This document shows, piece by piece, positions 1 through 13,166 of a DNA stretch of 64,000 nt; within the stretch, counting starts at the first letter, position 1, and each line of letters opens with the position of its first letter. A model generated the notes under the pieces. That model worked only from the letters and a program-made list of their open reading frames with translations. It did not search any database and was not told the origin of the DNA. Source of the DNA: Verrucomicrobiota bacterium (GTDB lineage: Bacteria > Verrucomicrobiota > Verrucomicrobiia > Limisphaerales > JADLHS01). The position numbers and the translations under genes were made by a program. The stretch is from the NCBI GenBank assembly GCA_013140495.1, contig JABFSR010000061.1:17873-81872 (forward strand). Reading direction: 5' to 3'.

Positions 1-1274
1 AAGGTGTCGCGAATGAGCCGATACTCCTGAGCCTCGATGGGTGTGAGTTGGCGATCTGGTGGCAGGGCATCGGATTCAACTACTGAAGACGCGACGGTTG
101 CCACAGTCTTCACCGAACCACGAGCCAGCCAGTTGGCGTCGAGCGCAAGCCACCTTGCGTCGTCGGATGACTTTAACAGCGATCGTTCGAGCACGTTGCG
201 AAGCTCGCGAACGTTCCCGGGGAAATCGTGGTTGCTCAACGCCTTCAAATCCTCCGGTTTTAGGATCGGTTTTGCGCGTTCATACTTTGTAGCGAGTTGT
301 GAAAGCAGCAATTCCGCAATGCCAGGAATGTCCCCGCGCCTCTTGCGCAATGGCGGCAACTCGACGGCAATAACGTCAAGCCGGTAGAGCAAATCCTCGC
401 GAAATCGCCCGGCCTTCACTTCATCAGCCAGAGATTTGTTTGTGGCCGCGATGAAACGGCCCGTGAAGGATGCGCTTTCTGTGCTGCCCAGCGAACGAAA
501 CTCGCGCGCCTCGATCAATCTCAGAAGTTTTGACTGCAAGGCCAGAGGCACCTCGGCAATCTCATCAAGAAACAGCGTCCCGCCTGCAGCCGCAGCCACA
601 AGACCACCGCGCTTTTTGTCCGCACCAGTGTATGCGCCTCGTTCGGCGCCGAACAATTCCGACTCGAACATCTCGCCCGGCAAAGCCGCGCAGTTTACTG
701 CAATGAAAGGAGTGTTCTTTTCGCCACAGGTAAGCTTGTGAAGCACGCGTGCAGCGAGGTCCTTGCCGGACCCGGTTTCGCCGGTGAAGAGCACAGTGCT
801 GACAGAATGTCTTGCAGCCTGGCGAAGTTCTTTCATCACCTCCTGCATGGCCGGAGATTCGCCAAACCACTCCCCGCTCTCGGCAGTAACGTTTGCCCGC
901 ATGCGCAACTTTGCGCGACCGATACACGCCACAAGCGCATCCGCGCTGACGGGTTTGGTGAGATATTCAAAAAGACCGTTACGGGTAAGCGAAACCGCTT
1001 CGCCGAGATCCGGCACGCCGGTTATCATGATGACCGGCGCGTCAGGATTACGACGGGAAATCTGATCGAAGAAATCGTAACCCTTGCCATCGGGCAGATG
1101 ATTGTCGAGCAGGACGAGATCGAAGTTCTTTGCGGCAACCAATTCCCGGGCTGCCGCTATCGTTGAAGCAATCGTCGTCTCGCCACCTTCATCCCGGATG
1201 ACTTGCGCGGTCATCGCGGAGAATCCGGCATCGTCTTCGACAATGATGCAGGAGAACTTGTCTTTCGGTCTCAT
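1..1274 (-). CDS. sigma-54-dependent response regulator (NtrC/Fis family); C-terminal end runs off the left window edge
   Basis: Not in the ORF track because it is open to the window edge. My translation of the minus strand from ATG 1274-1272 gives MRPKDKFSCIIVEDD... It has a receiver domain (DLVLLDNHLPDGKG), AAA+ Walker A GETGSGKD, ESELFGAERGAYTGA (a GAFTGA-type loop) and NVRELRN. Confidence 0.9.
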   Translation of the reverse strand, partial: MRPKDKFSCIIVEDDAGFSAMTAQVIRDEGGETTIASTIAAARELVAAKNFDLVLLDNHLPDGKGYDFFDQISRRNPDAPVIMITGVPDLGEAVSLTRNGLFEYLTKPVSADALVACIGRAKLRMRANVTAESGEWFGESPAMQEVMKELRQAARHSVSTVLFTGETGSGKDLAARVLHKLTCGEKNTPFIAVNCAALPGEMFESELFGAERGAYTGADKKRGGLVAAAAGGTLFLDEIAEVPLALQSKLLRLIEAREFRSLGSTESASFTGRFIAATNKSLADEVKAGRFREDLLYRLDVIAVELPPLRKRRGDIPGIAELLLSQLATKYERAKPILKPEDLKALSNHDFPGNVRELRNVLERSLLKSSDDARWLALDANWLARGSVKTVATVASSVVESDALPPDRQLTPIEAQEYRLIRDT

Positions 1275-1418
1275 CTTTACAGGAGTTTATTTAAGGCAGG
1301 CTTGAAAACCAAGCCCCAAGCCTGCTGCAATTCTTGGGGTATTTCGGCATGTAATCATGCTTCCCTTAAAAAACGCAATGGACAATGCCCGAATGGCCGA
1401 TACAATCTGCCGACCAAT

Positions 1419-1706
1419 ATGAAGAGTAATACGATCTTGACCTACATCCTTGGCGCAAGCCTGGTGTTGGGAGTCTGGTTTTTTTGGAAACAACTCCAAC
1501 ACGAGCGCGAACTCGGCAACCTCGCACCGCAGTTGGCTCCTGCAAATCAATACCACGCCACGGTACAGTCGTTGATCATGGAATGCGCGGAATACGGCAA
1601 GAAAAGCCCCGATATCAATCGAATCCTTCAACCGATACTCAACCCCGGAAGCAACACCGCCGCTGCACCAACCGCACCCGCCACGGCAAAACCCGCAGGA
1701 AAATAA
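1419..1706 (+). CDS. small single-pass membrane protein, hypothetical
   Basis: Track ORF 1203..1706, with the start moved to the internal ATG at 1419 (MKSNTILTYILGASLVLGVWFFW, one TM helix). Ala/Pro-rich tail. No family recognised. Confidence 0.5.
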   Translation: MKSNTILTYILGASLVLGVWFFWKQLQHERELGNLAPQLAPANQYHATVQSLIMECAEYGKKSPDINRILQPILNPGSNTAAAPTAPATAKPAGK

Positions 1707-1724
1707 TTTTCCAAACCAGACATT

Positions 1725-2105
1725 ATGAACGAGACGGAAAACAATCCCATTTCATCACCTGCCTCTCCCAGCGGAAACGAAGACCGCATTGAATCGCTTG
1801 AGAAACTCGTAAGCAAACTGTTGCTTGCCCTCACGATCCTCAGCATCACCTTCAGCGTGCTGCTCTGGAGACAGGCCCGAAACGCATCCAGGAATCTTGA
1901 GAATGCCAAGCAGATGCTGGCTGTGGTCAACAACATGAAGCCCGTGGTCAACCAGTTATTGGGGCAGCTTGCCGAATACGGGAAAACCCATCCTGATTTC
2001 AAACCGATTTCTGACAAATACGGAATCAAAGAGGCAGTGACAGCACCTGCTGCTGCACCAAAACCGACTCCGAGTGCCGCACCAGCGGCTGCCCCAAAGA
2101 AGTAA
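1725..2105 (+). CDS. small single-pass membrane protein, paralog of 1419..1706
   Basis: Track ORF with one TM helix (LLLALTILSITFSVLLW). It shares the motif (C/L)AEYGK(K/T).PD and the Ala/Pro-rich tail with the upstream ORF. Confidence 0.55.
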   Translation: MNETENNPISSPASPSGNEDRIESLEKLVSKLLLALTILSITFSVLLWRQARNASRNLENAKQMLAVVNNMKPVVNQLLGQLAEYGKTHPDFKPISDKYGIKEAVTAPAAAPKPTPSAAPAAAPKK

Positions 2106-2107
2106 CT

Positions 2108-2515
2108 TCAGGCCCGGGCAGGCTCTTTGACGACCAGTTTCACGCCGCAGGAGAAACAATAATTCGACTGCGGCGGACACGACTTCCCACAACCCGGGCA
2201 ATCCGTATGCGCTTGCTTGTGCCTACGGTGGATGATGAGGTTCCGGATGTAAGGAATCCAGTTGAAGGCGTTGGCAAAGATAAACACGGAGTTTTTGGCT
2301 GAGAAAATAGCGTAGCTCAAAAGCAGCCACGATCCTGCCAGACTAAGCCACCAGAAAGCAGACGGCACTACGACCTGCTTCTTCTTTTCCGTGGCATGCC
2401 ATTGAACGAGGAAGCGCGCAGTAAAGGCGGCGTTGCCCGCCCACCCGATCACCTTCCAGAAATGCCATTCAATTCCGAAAAACTTGCCGTCGTGCCAGAA
2501 GATGTTGGAATCCAT
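2108..2515 (-). CDS. lipid-A-disaccharide synthase N-terminal (LAB_N) domain membrane protein with C-terminal zinc-ribbon
   Basis: Track ORF with an ATG start. ARFLVQWHATEKKKQVVVPSAFWWLSLAGSWLLLSYAI...IPYIRNL matches my recollection of the LAB_N family pattern. C-terminal CPGCGKSCPPQSNYCFSCG. Confidence 0.75.
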   Translation of the reverse strand: MDSNIFWHDGKFFGIEWHFWKVIGWAGNAAFTARFLVQWHATEKKKQVVVPSAFWWLSLAGSWLLLSYAIFSAKNSVFIFANAFNWIPYIRNLIIHRRHKQAHTDCPGCGKSCPPQSNYCFSCGVKLVVKEPARA

Positions 2516-2569
2516 AACAGGTGCAGGTTAAACCAGTCGCACGCAGCATCGGAAGTGTAAACTCGCAAC

Positions 2570-2655
2570 CTACTCCCACTCAATCGTCCCGGGCGGCTTG
2601 GTGATCTCCGAAACACAACTGTTCAGGCTTTTCAACCAGTCTGTAAAGATCATCA
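2570..2655 (-). pseudogene. orphan, decayed copy of the guaA 3' end
   Basis: The minus-strand reading gives ...[18 protein letters not shown], against the real guaA end ...[19 protein letters not shown]. The first 12 nt from the stop (ctactcccactc) are identical to 3479-3490. There is a 3-nt indel, and the upstream part is out of frame with no start codon. Confidence 0.7.
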
Positions 2656-2660
2656 ACGGT

Positions 2661-3488
2661 TCAGGCTTTTGACAAGACGTTCACGATCTCGTGTAGCTCT
2701 TGCATGGTGAAGTCTGTTTTCTGAAGGGCGTGCAGTCCGTTACCTACAGCATCTCTCAAATGAGAAAATCGCATCTTTGGTGCTGCTTTGCTCATCGCTT
2801 TGGATCGCTTGCGCTTTTCAGCTTTCTCCAGCGTCGGCATGATTTCATAGTAGCTCACGGTAGCACTCAAGAAATCGGCTTCGGCTTTTACTAACGCGTT
2901 CTCATCATTCTGAAGTTTCGAGATGCAGGCCTTGGCTCCCGTCAGAATTTCGATCTCAGGAAGCGGAAAGTGAACACAGCACTCATCCAACACACCCAGC
3001 ACCGACCATCTGACAACAAAATCCATCTCCTCAACCAGGCGACTCGGCAACGACCAGTCTTTCCAAAGTGATCGCCACATTTGGACACGAATCACATGCG
3101 GCAATAACAACGGATCGTTCTTTTCCAAAAAGGTTAAAGCATCCGCCAATTCTGCCGCTGGCCACCAAATCTCTTCGAACATCCTCAACCTAGAAACCGC
3201 CGTTCTTCGGATCACATAATTTCGCGCAAAGACGGCCCGTTGATATGCCGCTGGTATACCCGCCACGACCATGTTTGCTTTGAACTCTGCGTTGTTTCGC
3301 CCGGCTCTCATCCAAACATCGGCGATAAACCAATCCACTCTTGCGACATCGTCGCAATCAGAACTGCCAAGAAGTTCAACGAGCACTTTGAACAGATCAG
3401 ACAAAGGCACTTCGTCGAGGATGCATACTAAATAATTGATGTCCTCAATTCGATCCAGATAACCTTTGACTCGTTCTGCTACTCCCAC
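2661..3488 (-). CDS. hypothetical protein (helical, no family recognised)
   Basis: Track ORF of 275 aa. Its GTG start overlaps the guaA stop by 10 nt. It is visibly more AT-rich than its neighbours and lies between the two guaA 3'-end copies. Confidence 0.55.
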   Translation of the reverse strand: MGVAERVKGYLDRIEDINYLVCILDEVPLSDLFKVLVELLGSSDCDDVARVDWFIADVWMRAGRNNAEFKANMVVAGIPAAYQRAVFARNYVIRRTAVSRLRMFEEIWWPAAELADALTFLEKNDPLLLPHVIRVQMWRSLWKDWSLPSRLVEEMDFVVRWSVLGVLDECCVHFPLPEIEILTGAKACISKLQNDENALVKAEADFLSATVSYYEIMPTLEKAEKRKRSKAMSKAAPKMRFSHLRDAVGNGLHALQKTDFTMQELHEIVNVLSKA

Positions 3489-5020
3489 TCGATTGTTCCC
3501 GGCGGCTTGCTGGTGATGTCGAGAACACAGCGATTCACGCCTTTCACTTCGTTGATGATCCGGCTCGCGAGTTTTTCCAGCAGGTCATACGGCAGCTTCA
3601 CCCAATCGGCTGTCATGCCGTCCTGCGATTCAACGGCGCGAATGGCGATGGTGTAATCGTATGTGCGTTCGTCGCCCATCACTCCCACGCTCCGCACGGG
3701 CAGCAACACGGCAAAGCTCTGCCAGATTTTGTAGTACAATCCGGACGACTTCATTTCCTCAACGACTATGGCGTCGGCATTGCGAAGTATCTCGCAACGC
3801 GATGGTGTGACTTCTCCAAGGATGCGCACGGCAAGTCCCGGCCCCGGGAATGGTTGCCGCCAGACAATTTCCTTGGGCAAGCCGAGTTCGACGCCGAGCA
3901 GACGGACTTCGTCCTTGAATAAACACTTCAAAGGCTCGACGAGCGCGAACTTCATGTTCTTGGGCAGACCACCCACGTTGTGGTGGCTCTTGATGAGAGC
4001 GGCAGGATTGCCCGCGATGGGGACGGATTCAATCACGTCGGGATAAAGAGTACCCTGCGCGAGAAACTTCGCCTTTCCAGCGCGTTTGGTTGCCGCCTGA
4101 AAGACTTCAATGAACGTCTTGCCGATGATTTTGCGTTTGCGTTCGGGATCAGTCACACTTTTGAGCTTGCGCAGAAACAGCGCGGAAGTGTTCTCGTACT
4201 GCAGCTTCAACTTAAAATTGCGGCCAAACACTTCCTGAACGACCTCCGCTTCGCGTGCGCGGAGCAGGCCATTGTTCACGAAAATGCAGGTCAGTTGATC
4301 ACCAACAGCCTTGTGAAGCAACGCGGCGGCAACACTTGAGTCCACGCCGCCACTAAGACCAAGAATAACGCGCTCATCCCCAACCTGCGCGCGAATCTCT
4401 TCAACCGCCTGATCCACGTAGTTGCGCATGGTCCAGCCCTTGCCACATCCGCAGACGCCGTGAACAAAGTTGGAAATGATCTCCTTCCCGCGTGGTGTGT
4501 GAACGACTTCGGGATGAAACTGAAGGCCGAAGAACTTTTTAGCACGGTTTTCGATGGCGGCGTATTCGGAATTTTCGGTTACAGCGACCGCCTTGAAGCC
4601 GGCTGGCATCTTCGTAAGCTTGTCACCATGCGAATTCCAGACCTGCAAACTCGAAGGCAAACTGTCAAATAGTGCGCAGGACTTGTCCTTGATCTTCAGC
4701 GTGCCCTTGCCGTATTCGCGCTTCTGTCCCTTTTCGACTTTTCCGCCGAGGAATTGAGCAAGCAATTGAACGCCAAAACAAATTCCCAATATCGGAAGGC
4801 CCATCTTGAAAATGTTCCCGTCTGGCAAAGGCGCATTCTTTGCGTAAACAGAGGAAGGTCCACCAGAAAGGATTATCCCCCTGGGCTTCATCGCAGCTAT
4901 TTTCGCAGCAGGCGTGTTGAAATGGAGGATGGTGGAATAGACGTTGCACTCACGCACACGTCGGGCGATGACTTGCGTGTATTGTGAACCGAAGTCGAGA
5001 ATGACAATTTGTTCGTTCAT
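3479..5020 (-). CDS. guaA: GMP synthase (glutamine-hydrolysing)
   Basis: Track ORF 3479..5092, with the start moved to [24 protein letters not shown]. GATase domain (GICFGVQLL), ATP-PPase motif SGGVDSSV, C-terminal KPPGTIEWE. Confidence 0.96.
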   Translation of the reverse strand: MNEQIVILDFGSQYTQVIARRVRECNVYSTILHFNTPAAKIAAMKPRGIILSGGPSSVYAKNAPLPDGNIFKMGLPILGICFGVQLLAQFLGGKVEKGQKREYGKGTLKIKDKSCALFDSLPSSLQVWNSHGDKLTKMPAGFKAVAVTENSEYAAIENRAKKFFGLQFHPEVVHTPRGKEIISNFVHGVCGCGKGWTMRNYVDQAVEEIRAQVGDERVILGLSGGVDSSVAAALLHKAVGDQLTCIFVNNGLLRAREAEVVQEVFGRNFKLKLQYENTSALFLRKLKSVTDPERKRKIIGKTFIEVFQAATKRAGKAKFLAQGTLYPDVIESVPIAGNPAALIKSHHNVGGLPKNMKFALVEPLKCLFKDEVRLLGVELGLPKEIVWRQPFPGPGLAVRILGEVTPSRCEILRNADAIVVEEMKSSGLYYKIWQSFAVLLPVRSVGVMGDERTYDYTIAIRAVESQDGMTADWVKLPYDLLEKLASRIINEVKGVNRCVLDITSKPPGTIEWE

Positions 5021-5124
5021 GAAAAAATCGAAGCCGGATTGTTTGCCGTTGTGCAGAAGATTGGCGAGACAAAAAGAACCGGGACAGGCCACATTTTACC
5101 GACCTGTCACTTCAGAATCTGGAC

Positions 5125-5481
5125 TTACTGCTTCACCACCTTCACCGTTCCTGCACTTGCGTCGTATTCAATCTTTGATCCCGCCGGCGGCACTGGCATT
5201 TCAGGAATATATTTCCCAGTCACAAGTTCATTGAGTTCTTTTGGAAAGCGGCCTTCCTGCACATTGAACATTTCTATGGCCTTCTTCAGTGATGTTACAT
5301 CCAAGGTTTTAACTGCAGAATGATGCGCATCGGCCGCAGACTTGAGATAATCAACCGGCGCAGTGAGCACATTACCACCCGCTGGCGCATTGGTGGAACC
5401 AACTGAAGACTTGTTTGACGAATCGCTACAACCAAGGAGCATGGCAGCGAGTGCGACCAAAAGGGCAGGTGAGATTTTCAT
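5125..5481 (-). CDS. hypothetical lipoprotein
   Basis: Track ORF 5125..5523, with the start moved to MKISPALLVALAAMLLGCSDSS (signal peptide plus lipobox LLGC). Confidence 0.55.
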   Translation of the reverse strand: MKISPALLVALAAMLLGCSDSSNKSSVGSTNAPAGGNVLTAPVDYLKSAADAHHSAVKTLDVTSLKKAIEMFNVQEGRFPKELNELVTGKYIPEMPVPPAGSKIEYDASAGTVKVVKQ

Positions 5482-5543
5482 TTTTGAACTCTGAAACTCT
5501 ATGCCATCGGCAACTGAAGCCAAGCGGATTGATAAAAGAAAAA

Positions 5544-5566
5544 AGCCGAAACCATGTGTTTCGGCT
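5544..5566 (-). terminator. rho-independent terminator closing the rrn operon (bidirectional shape)
   Basis: 9-bp stem agccgaaac/gtttcggct with a 5-nt loop. It is flanked by an A-run on one side and a T-run on the other, immediately 3' of the 5S rRNA on the minus strand. Confidence 0.7.
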
Positions 5567-5580
5567 TTTTAGTTAAAGAT

Positions 5581-5690
5581 TGGCGACGACCTACTCTCGC
5601 AGAACCTATAGGACTACTACCATCGGCCCTGCAGTGTTTGACGGCCGAGTTCGGAATGGGATCGGGTCGGACCACTGCGGTATTGTCACC
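5581..5690 (-). rRNA. rrf: 5S rRNA
   Basis: The reverse complement reads ggtgacaataccgcagtgg...ccgaactcggccgtcaaac...gccgatggtagt...gcgagagtaggtcgtcgcca, which contains canonical 5S motifs. Confidence 0.9.
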
Positions 5691-5754
5691 AAAAAATTAT
5701 TAAAGAACATTCCCCGCCTAAGCGGGGCGACCGATCATGGGTTCGGCCATTCTC

Positions 5755-5771
5755 TGAAAACTACACATAGG
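5755..5771 (-). other. 3' arm of the 23S rRNA processing stem (partner 8766..8782)
   Basis: tgaaaactacacatagg is complementary to cctatgtgtagttgtca at 16 of 17 positions. The two arms flank the 23S gene. A second complementary pair is acaattcgt (about 5784) and acgaattgt (about 8738). Confidence 0.7.
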
Positions 5772-5829
5772 AACACTGGAACTACAATTCGTGAGTTAAA
5801 TTCGTAGTTTCTTCACGAGGAAGAAAGTT

Positions 5830-8703
<2,874 letters not shown>

Positions 8704-8776
8704 TATTTGAGAAACCGTCATTGCTGACGGATACTCGACGAATTGTAATTTTTGCCCAATATTTACCTATGTGTAG

Positions 8777-8789
8777 TTGTCAAAGAACG
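8777..8789 (-). promoter_or_regulatory. boxA-like antitermination motif in the spacer before 23S
   Basis: The minus strand reads cgttctttgacaa, against the E. coli boxA TGCTCTTTAACAA (10/13 match). Confidence 0.45.
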
Positions 8790-8858
8790 GGCCGAACCTC
8801 TGCAACAAAGTTGTTTACACCCTGCTGTTTTGCTTCGGTAAAATCGTTATACAGAAAG

Positions 8859-8935
8859 TGGTGGGCGTGACTGGAGTTGAACCAGTGACCCTGCGCTTAT
8901 CAAGCGCATGCTCTAACCAACTGAGCTACACGCCC
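8859..8935 (-). tRNA. tRNA-Ile (anticodon GAU), CCA encoded
   Basis: Reverse complement: gggcgtgtagctcagttggttagagcatgcgcttGATaagcgcagggtcactggttcaactccagtcacgcccacca. The cloverleaf folds by eye. Confidence 0.95.
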
Positions 8936-8943
8936 AACAAGGT

Positions 8944-9019
8944 TGGTGGAGCTGAGGAGAGTCGAACTCCTGACCTATAGCTTGCAAAGCTACCGCTCTA
9001 CCAACTGAGCTACAGCCCC
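8944..9019 (-). tRNA. tRNA-Ala (anticodon UGC), CCA encoded
   Basis: Reverse complement: ggggctgtagctcagttggtagagcggtagctttTGCaagctataggtcaggagttcgactctcctcagctccacca. The G3:U70 identity pair is present. Confidence 0.95.
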
Positions 9020-9024
9020 ATCTT

Positions 9025-9108
9025 GGATTCGAGTTCCGATTTGCGATTTTGGATTTCCAATCCGCAATCAGACATTCGTTGATCCGCAATTAAATCGGAG
9101 TTCGATTC
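9025..9108. repeat. heptad-periodic block in the 16S/tRNA-Ala spacer
   Basis: Six consecutive 7-nt units start with 'at': atttgcg attttgg atttcca atccgca atcagac attcgtt (9039-9080). They are flanked by partially complementary ggattcgagttccgatt and aatcggagttcgattc. Confidence 0.7.
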
Positions 9109-9144
9109 TTTCTACTTTCTGTTCAAAGAGCGTTGTTGCCCTTC

Positions 9145-9166
9145 AAAAACTGAATTGTGCGATAAG
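9145..9166 (-). other. 3' arm of the 16S rRNA processing stem (partner 10901..10922)
   Basis: Positions 9151-9166 are the exact reverse complement of 10901-10916 (cttatcgcacaattca). The two arms flank the 16S gene, as expected for an RNase III-type stem. Confidence 0.75.
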
Positions 9167-9235
9167 GTTTGAGCCAATCCACATCTTGCGATGTGTTCGA
9201 CCTCGGAAGTCTCATTTTTATCTGAGACCCGTGGT

Positions 9236-10797
<1,562 letters not shown>

Positions 10798-10917
10798 AAA
10801 AACGTTAGTTTAATTCCTGCCCGATGATTAATCGGGCGAATTGCAATTTAAAACTCTCCAAACCAAAGCTACTAACAGCCTTAGCTTGAAGGGGCTCTTA
10901 CTTATCGCACAATTCAA

Positions 10918-10930
10918 TTTTCAAAGAGCA
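10918..10930 (-). promoter_or_regulatory. boxA-like antitermination motif in the rrn leader
   Basis: The minus strand reads tgctctttgaaaa, against the boxA TGCTCTTTAACAA (11/13 match). It lies about 120 nt upstream of 16S. Confidence 0.5.
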
Positions 10931-11060
10931 GCAGAGTGTTTCCACTCAAAATTCTTATGCTCAAAGCTCGTTTTAATTTCCCATCTAGGGGACAAAAATC
11001 CGAGTGCCGATTTACTACTTTCCGACTCGGCAGCTCAGGTTTCGAGTTTTAGGAGCGCGG

Positions 11061-11088
11061 AGATTATCTCAACCGCACCGACTGTCAA
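11061..11088 (-). promoter_or_regulatory. candidate sigma-70 rrn promoter
   Basis: The minus strand reads TTGACA, a 16-nt spacer, then TAATCT, preceded by the A-rich segment ctgaaaaacgaaaaccaag. A weaker second candidate (TTGCGG, 16-nt spacer, TAGTTT) lies about 70 nt further upstream. Confidence 0.4.
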
Positions 11089-11337
11089 CTTGGTTTTCGT
11101 TTTTCAGTCTTCCGTCGCCTTACCGGCGAAGGACGAACAAACTATCAGGAGCGAATTTAACCGCAAGAGTTTTTTCAAAAATTTTTAGAGTGTTCTTTTG
11201 CCAATAAAATCAGGGCTTTCATGCAGTCGCAAGGTTTTGACCTGAAAAATAAATCCGAATTTCTCCCCCGAATTTCTGTCTGACCACCCTTTTTCGCCCG
11301 AGCGAACCAGAATTGGAGTCACTTGAAGCCCTGCTCA

Positions 11338-12090
11338 CTATTTCCTTCCGGCGAACCACACCAAACGCAATCCCTCCAGCGTTAAATTCATTTCCACCGC
11401 CGAAATCTCCGGCAGTTTCGCCGCAATTAACTTCGCATAGCCGCCCGTAGCCACCACCGGCAACCGTTTCACTTTCAATTCTCGCTTCAACTCAATGATC
11501 AATTCGCGCACCAAACCCCGATAGCCATGCACCGCGCCGACGAGCATTGCGTGCTCCGTGCTTTTGCCAACGAGTGATTTCATCTCGCGAATCTGGATAC
11601 GCGGCAGCAACGCCGTTTTCTCGTGCAGATAATCCGTCATCGCCGCCAAACCTGGCGCAATAATGCCACCGACATAATTCCCGCGCGCGTCCACCACATC
11701 AAAAGTCACTGCCGTTCCAAAATCCACCACGACCGAAGGCGCACCGAAGCGATGTCGCGCCGCCACCGCATTCGCCAGCCGATCCGGCCCAATCGTGCCC
11801 GGCTTGGGATAATCAATCCCCACACCACGCAAAGTTTTTGGTGTGAGCACAACCGCTTGCAGCTTCCACAAAGCACGAACCGTCATTTGAATTTTCGGCG
11901 TCGCCCTTGGCACCACGCTGCAAATCGCCGCGCCCTCCAATTTCGTTTTGCCAACAAAGCTACACAGTTGTTTTGCTGCCTTGCCTGCCAGCCAAGCCGC
12001 AGTAGGAATATCTGCGTGACGTACGACGCGCTGGCCATTCGCCAAGCCTACATGCGTATTCGTATTGCCGATGTCGAAAAGTAAGATCAT
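11338..12090 (-). CDS. coaX: type III pantothenate kinase
   Basis: Track ORF. MILLFDIGNTNTHVGL..., VVVDFGTAVTFDVV and ATGGYA are CoaX family hallmarks. Confidence 0.9.
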   Translation of the reverse strand: MILLFDIGNTNTHVGLANGQRVVRHADIPTAAWLAGKAAKQLCSFVGKTKLEGAAICSVVPRATPKIQMTVRALWKLQAVVLTPKTLRGVGIDYPKPGTIGPDRLANAVAARHRFGAPSVVVDFGTAVTFDVVDARGNYVGGIIAPGLAAMTDYLHEKTALLPRIQIREMKSLVGKSTEHAMLVGAVHGYRGLVRELIIELKRELKVKRLPVVATGGYAKLIAAKLPEISAVEMNLTLEGLRLVWFAGRK

Positions 12091-13166
12091 TTGTCCAAAG
12101 TCACATCGCCGCCGATGATTCGTTCCAGTCGTCCATGTTCCGTACGCAACAGCAATGCGCCGTCATCATCCAGCGACTCCGCCCGCCCACGCATTCGTCG
12201 TTCCCCGATGCCGACGATCACCTGCTTGCCGATGGTCGAGCAATGTTCTTCCCACTCGTCCGCCAACTCGGAAAATTTACCGGCACAAACGCGCGCGTAA
12301 TCACGATCCAATTCACGCAGAATTTCTGTCGCCAACTCCGCACGCAGAACCGGTTTTCCCAACTCGATACGTAATGATGTCGCGATCTTCCTAAGTCCCG
12401 CAGAAAACTCGTTCGCTTCCAGATTTACGTCCACCCCAACTCCCAACGTAATATGCTTCACTCGATCCACCTCTGCGCTGAGTTCCGTGAGAATGCCTGC
12501 CACCTTTTTGCCACGAATCAAAATGTCATTTGGCCATTTGATTTCCGGTCGCAGATCCGTAACTCGATTGATTGCGCGCCAGATCGCGACAGCAGCAGCA
12601 ACCGTCAGTTGCGTGATTTCTTGAGGCTGCAACTTGGGCCGCAGCAAAACGGAAAACCAAAGCCCTTTGCGCGCAGGTGACATCCAGACGCGACCAAGCC
12701 GCCCCCTGCCCTTCGTCTGTGACTCCGCGAAAACCACCACACCTTCCTTCACCCCATCACGTGCAAGTTTTTCAACAACATCATTCGTGGAAGTTGTCTG
12801 CTCGAAAACCTGGATGTCCCGCCCGATGACTTTTACTTTGCCCAGCCGCGCAATTAGATCCTCCGCGTGTAACAAATCCGGCGAGTCCGTCAGCTTGTAG
12901 CCAAGATGGGGAGACGTTTCGATCTCGTAGCCGAGTCCACGTAAATTCTCGATTCGCGAACACAGTTCAGCCCGCGCGACGCCAAACTTTTCGGCAAAGT
13001 CCGCAGCCGAAACTGATCCACCATCGGCATCTCGCAACGCAGAAAGAATATGTGTATCTGTTGTCACAAAGTCAGTGCCCGCCTTGTAGCCGCCAGCGAC
13101 CGAAGATGCAAGACAAGCCGCTGATAAACTCAACAAACAACAGGAAGAGAGACGACTCAGGATCAC
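12087..13166 (-). CDS. birA: biotin--[acetyl-CoA-carboxylase] ligase / repressor BirA
   Basis: Track ORF with an HTH region (GVARAELCSRIENLRGLGYEI) and the ligase motif QTKGRGRLGRVWMSP. The first 33 codons look signal-like and may not be translated; an alternative GTG start lies at 13067. Confidence 0.85.
   Translation of the reverse strand: MILSRLSSCCLLSLSAACLASSVAGGYKAGTDFVTTDTHILSALRDADGGSVSAADFAEKFGVARAELCSRIENLRGLGYEIETSPHLGYKLTDSPDLLHAEDLIARLGKVKVIGRDIQVFEQTTSTNDVVEKLARDGVKEGVVVFAESQTKGRGRLGRVWMSPARKGLWFSVLLRPKLQPQEITQLTVAAAVAIWRAINRVTDLRPEIKWPNDILIRGKKVAGILTELSAEVDRVKHITLGVGVDVNLEANEFSAGLRKIATSLRIELGKPVLRAELATEILRELDRDYARVCAGKFSELADEWEEHCSTIGKQVIVGIGERRMRGRAESLDDDGALLLRTEHGRLERIIGGDVTLDK

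Noticed and set aside
1346-1362. GGCATG...TGCT, which resembles a sigma-54 -24/-12 promoter upstream of the small membrane-protein genes next to the NtrC-type regulator.
   Set aside because: The spacing from the -24 GG to the -12 GC is one nucleotide too long by my count (13 instead of 12 positions). Sigma-54 promoters are intolerant of spacing changes.
13067-13166. A signal-peptide-like N-terminal extension on BirA (MILSRLSSCCLLSLSAACLASSVAGG...), which would suggest an exported biotin ligase.
   Set aside because: BirA is cytoplasmic. An in-frame GTG at 13067 gives a conventional N-terminus (VTTDTHILSALRD... then the HTH). The extension is more likely untranslated sequence that happens to be open up to the ATGA overlap with the upstream gene.
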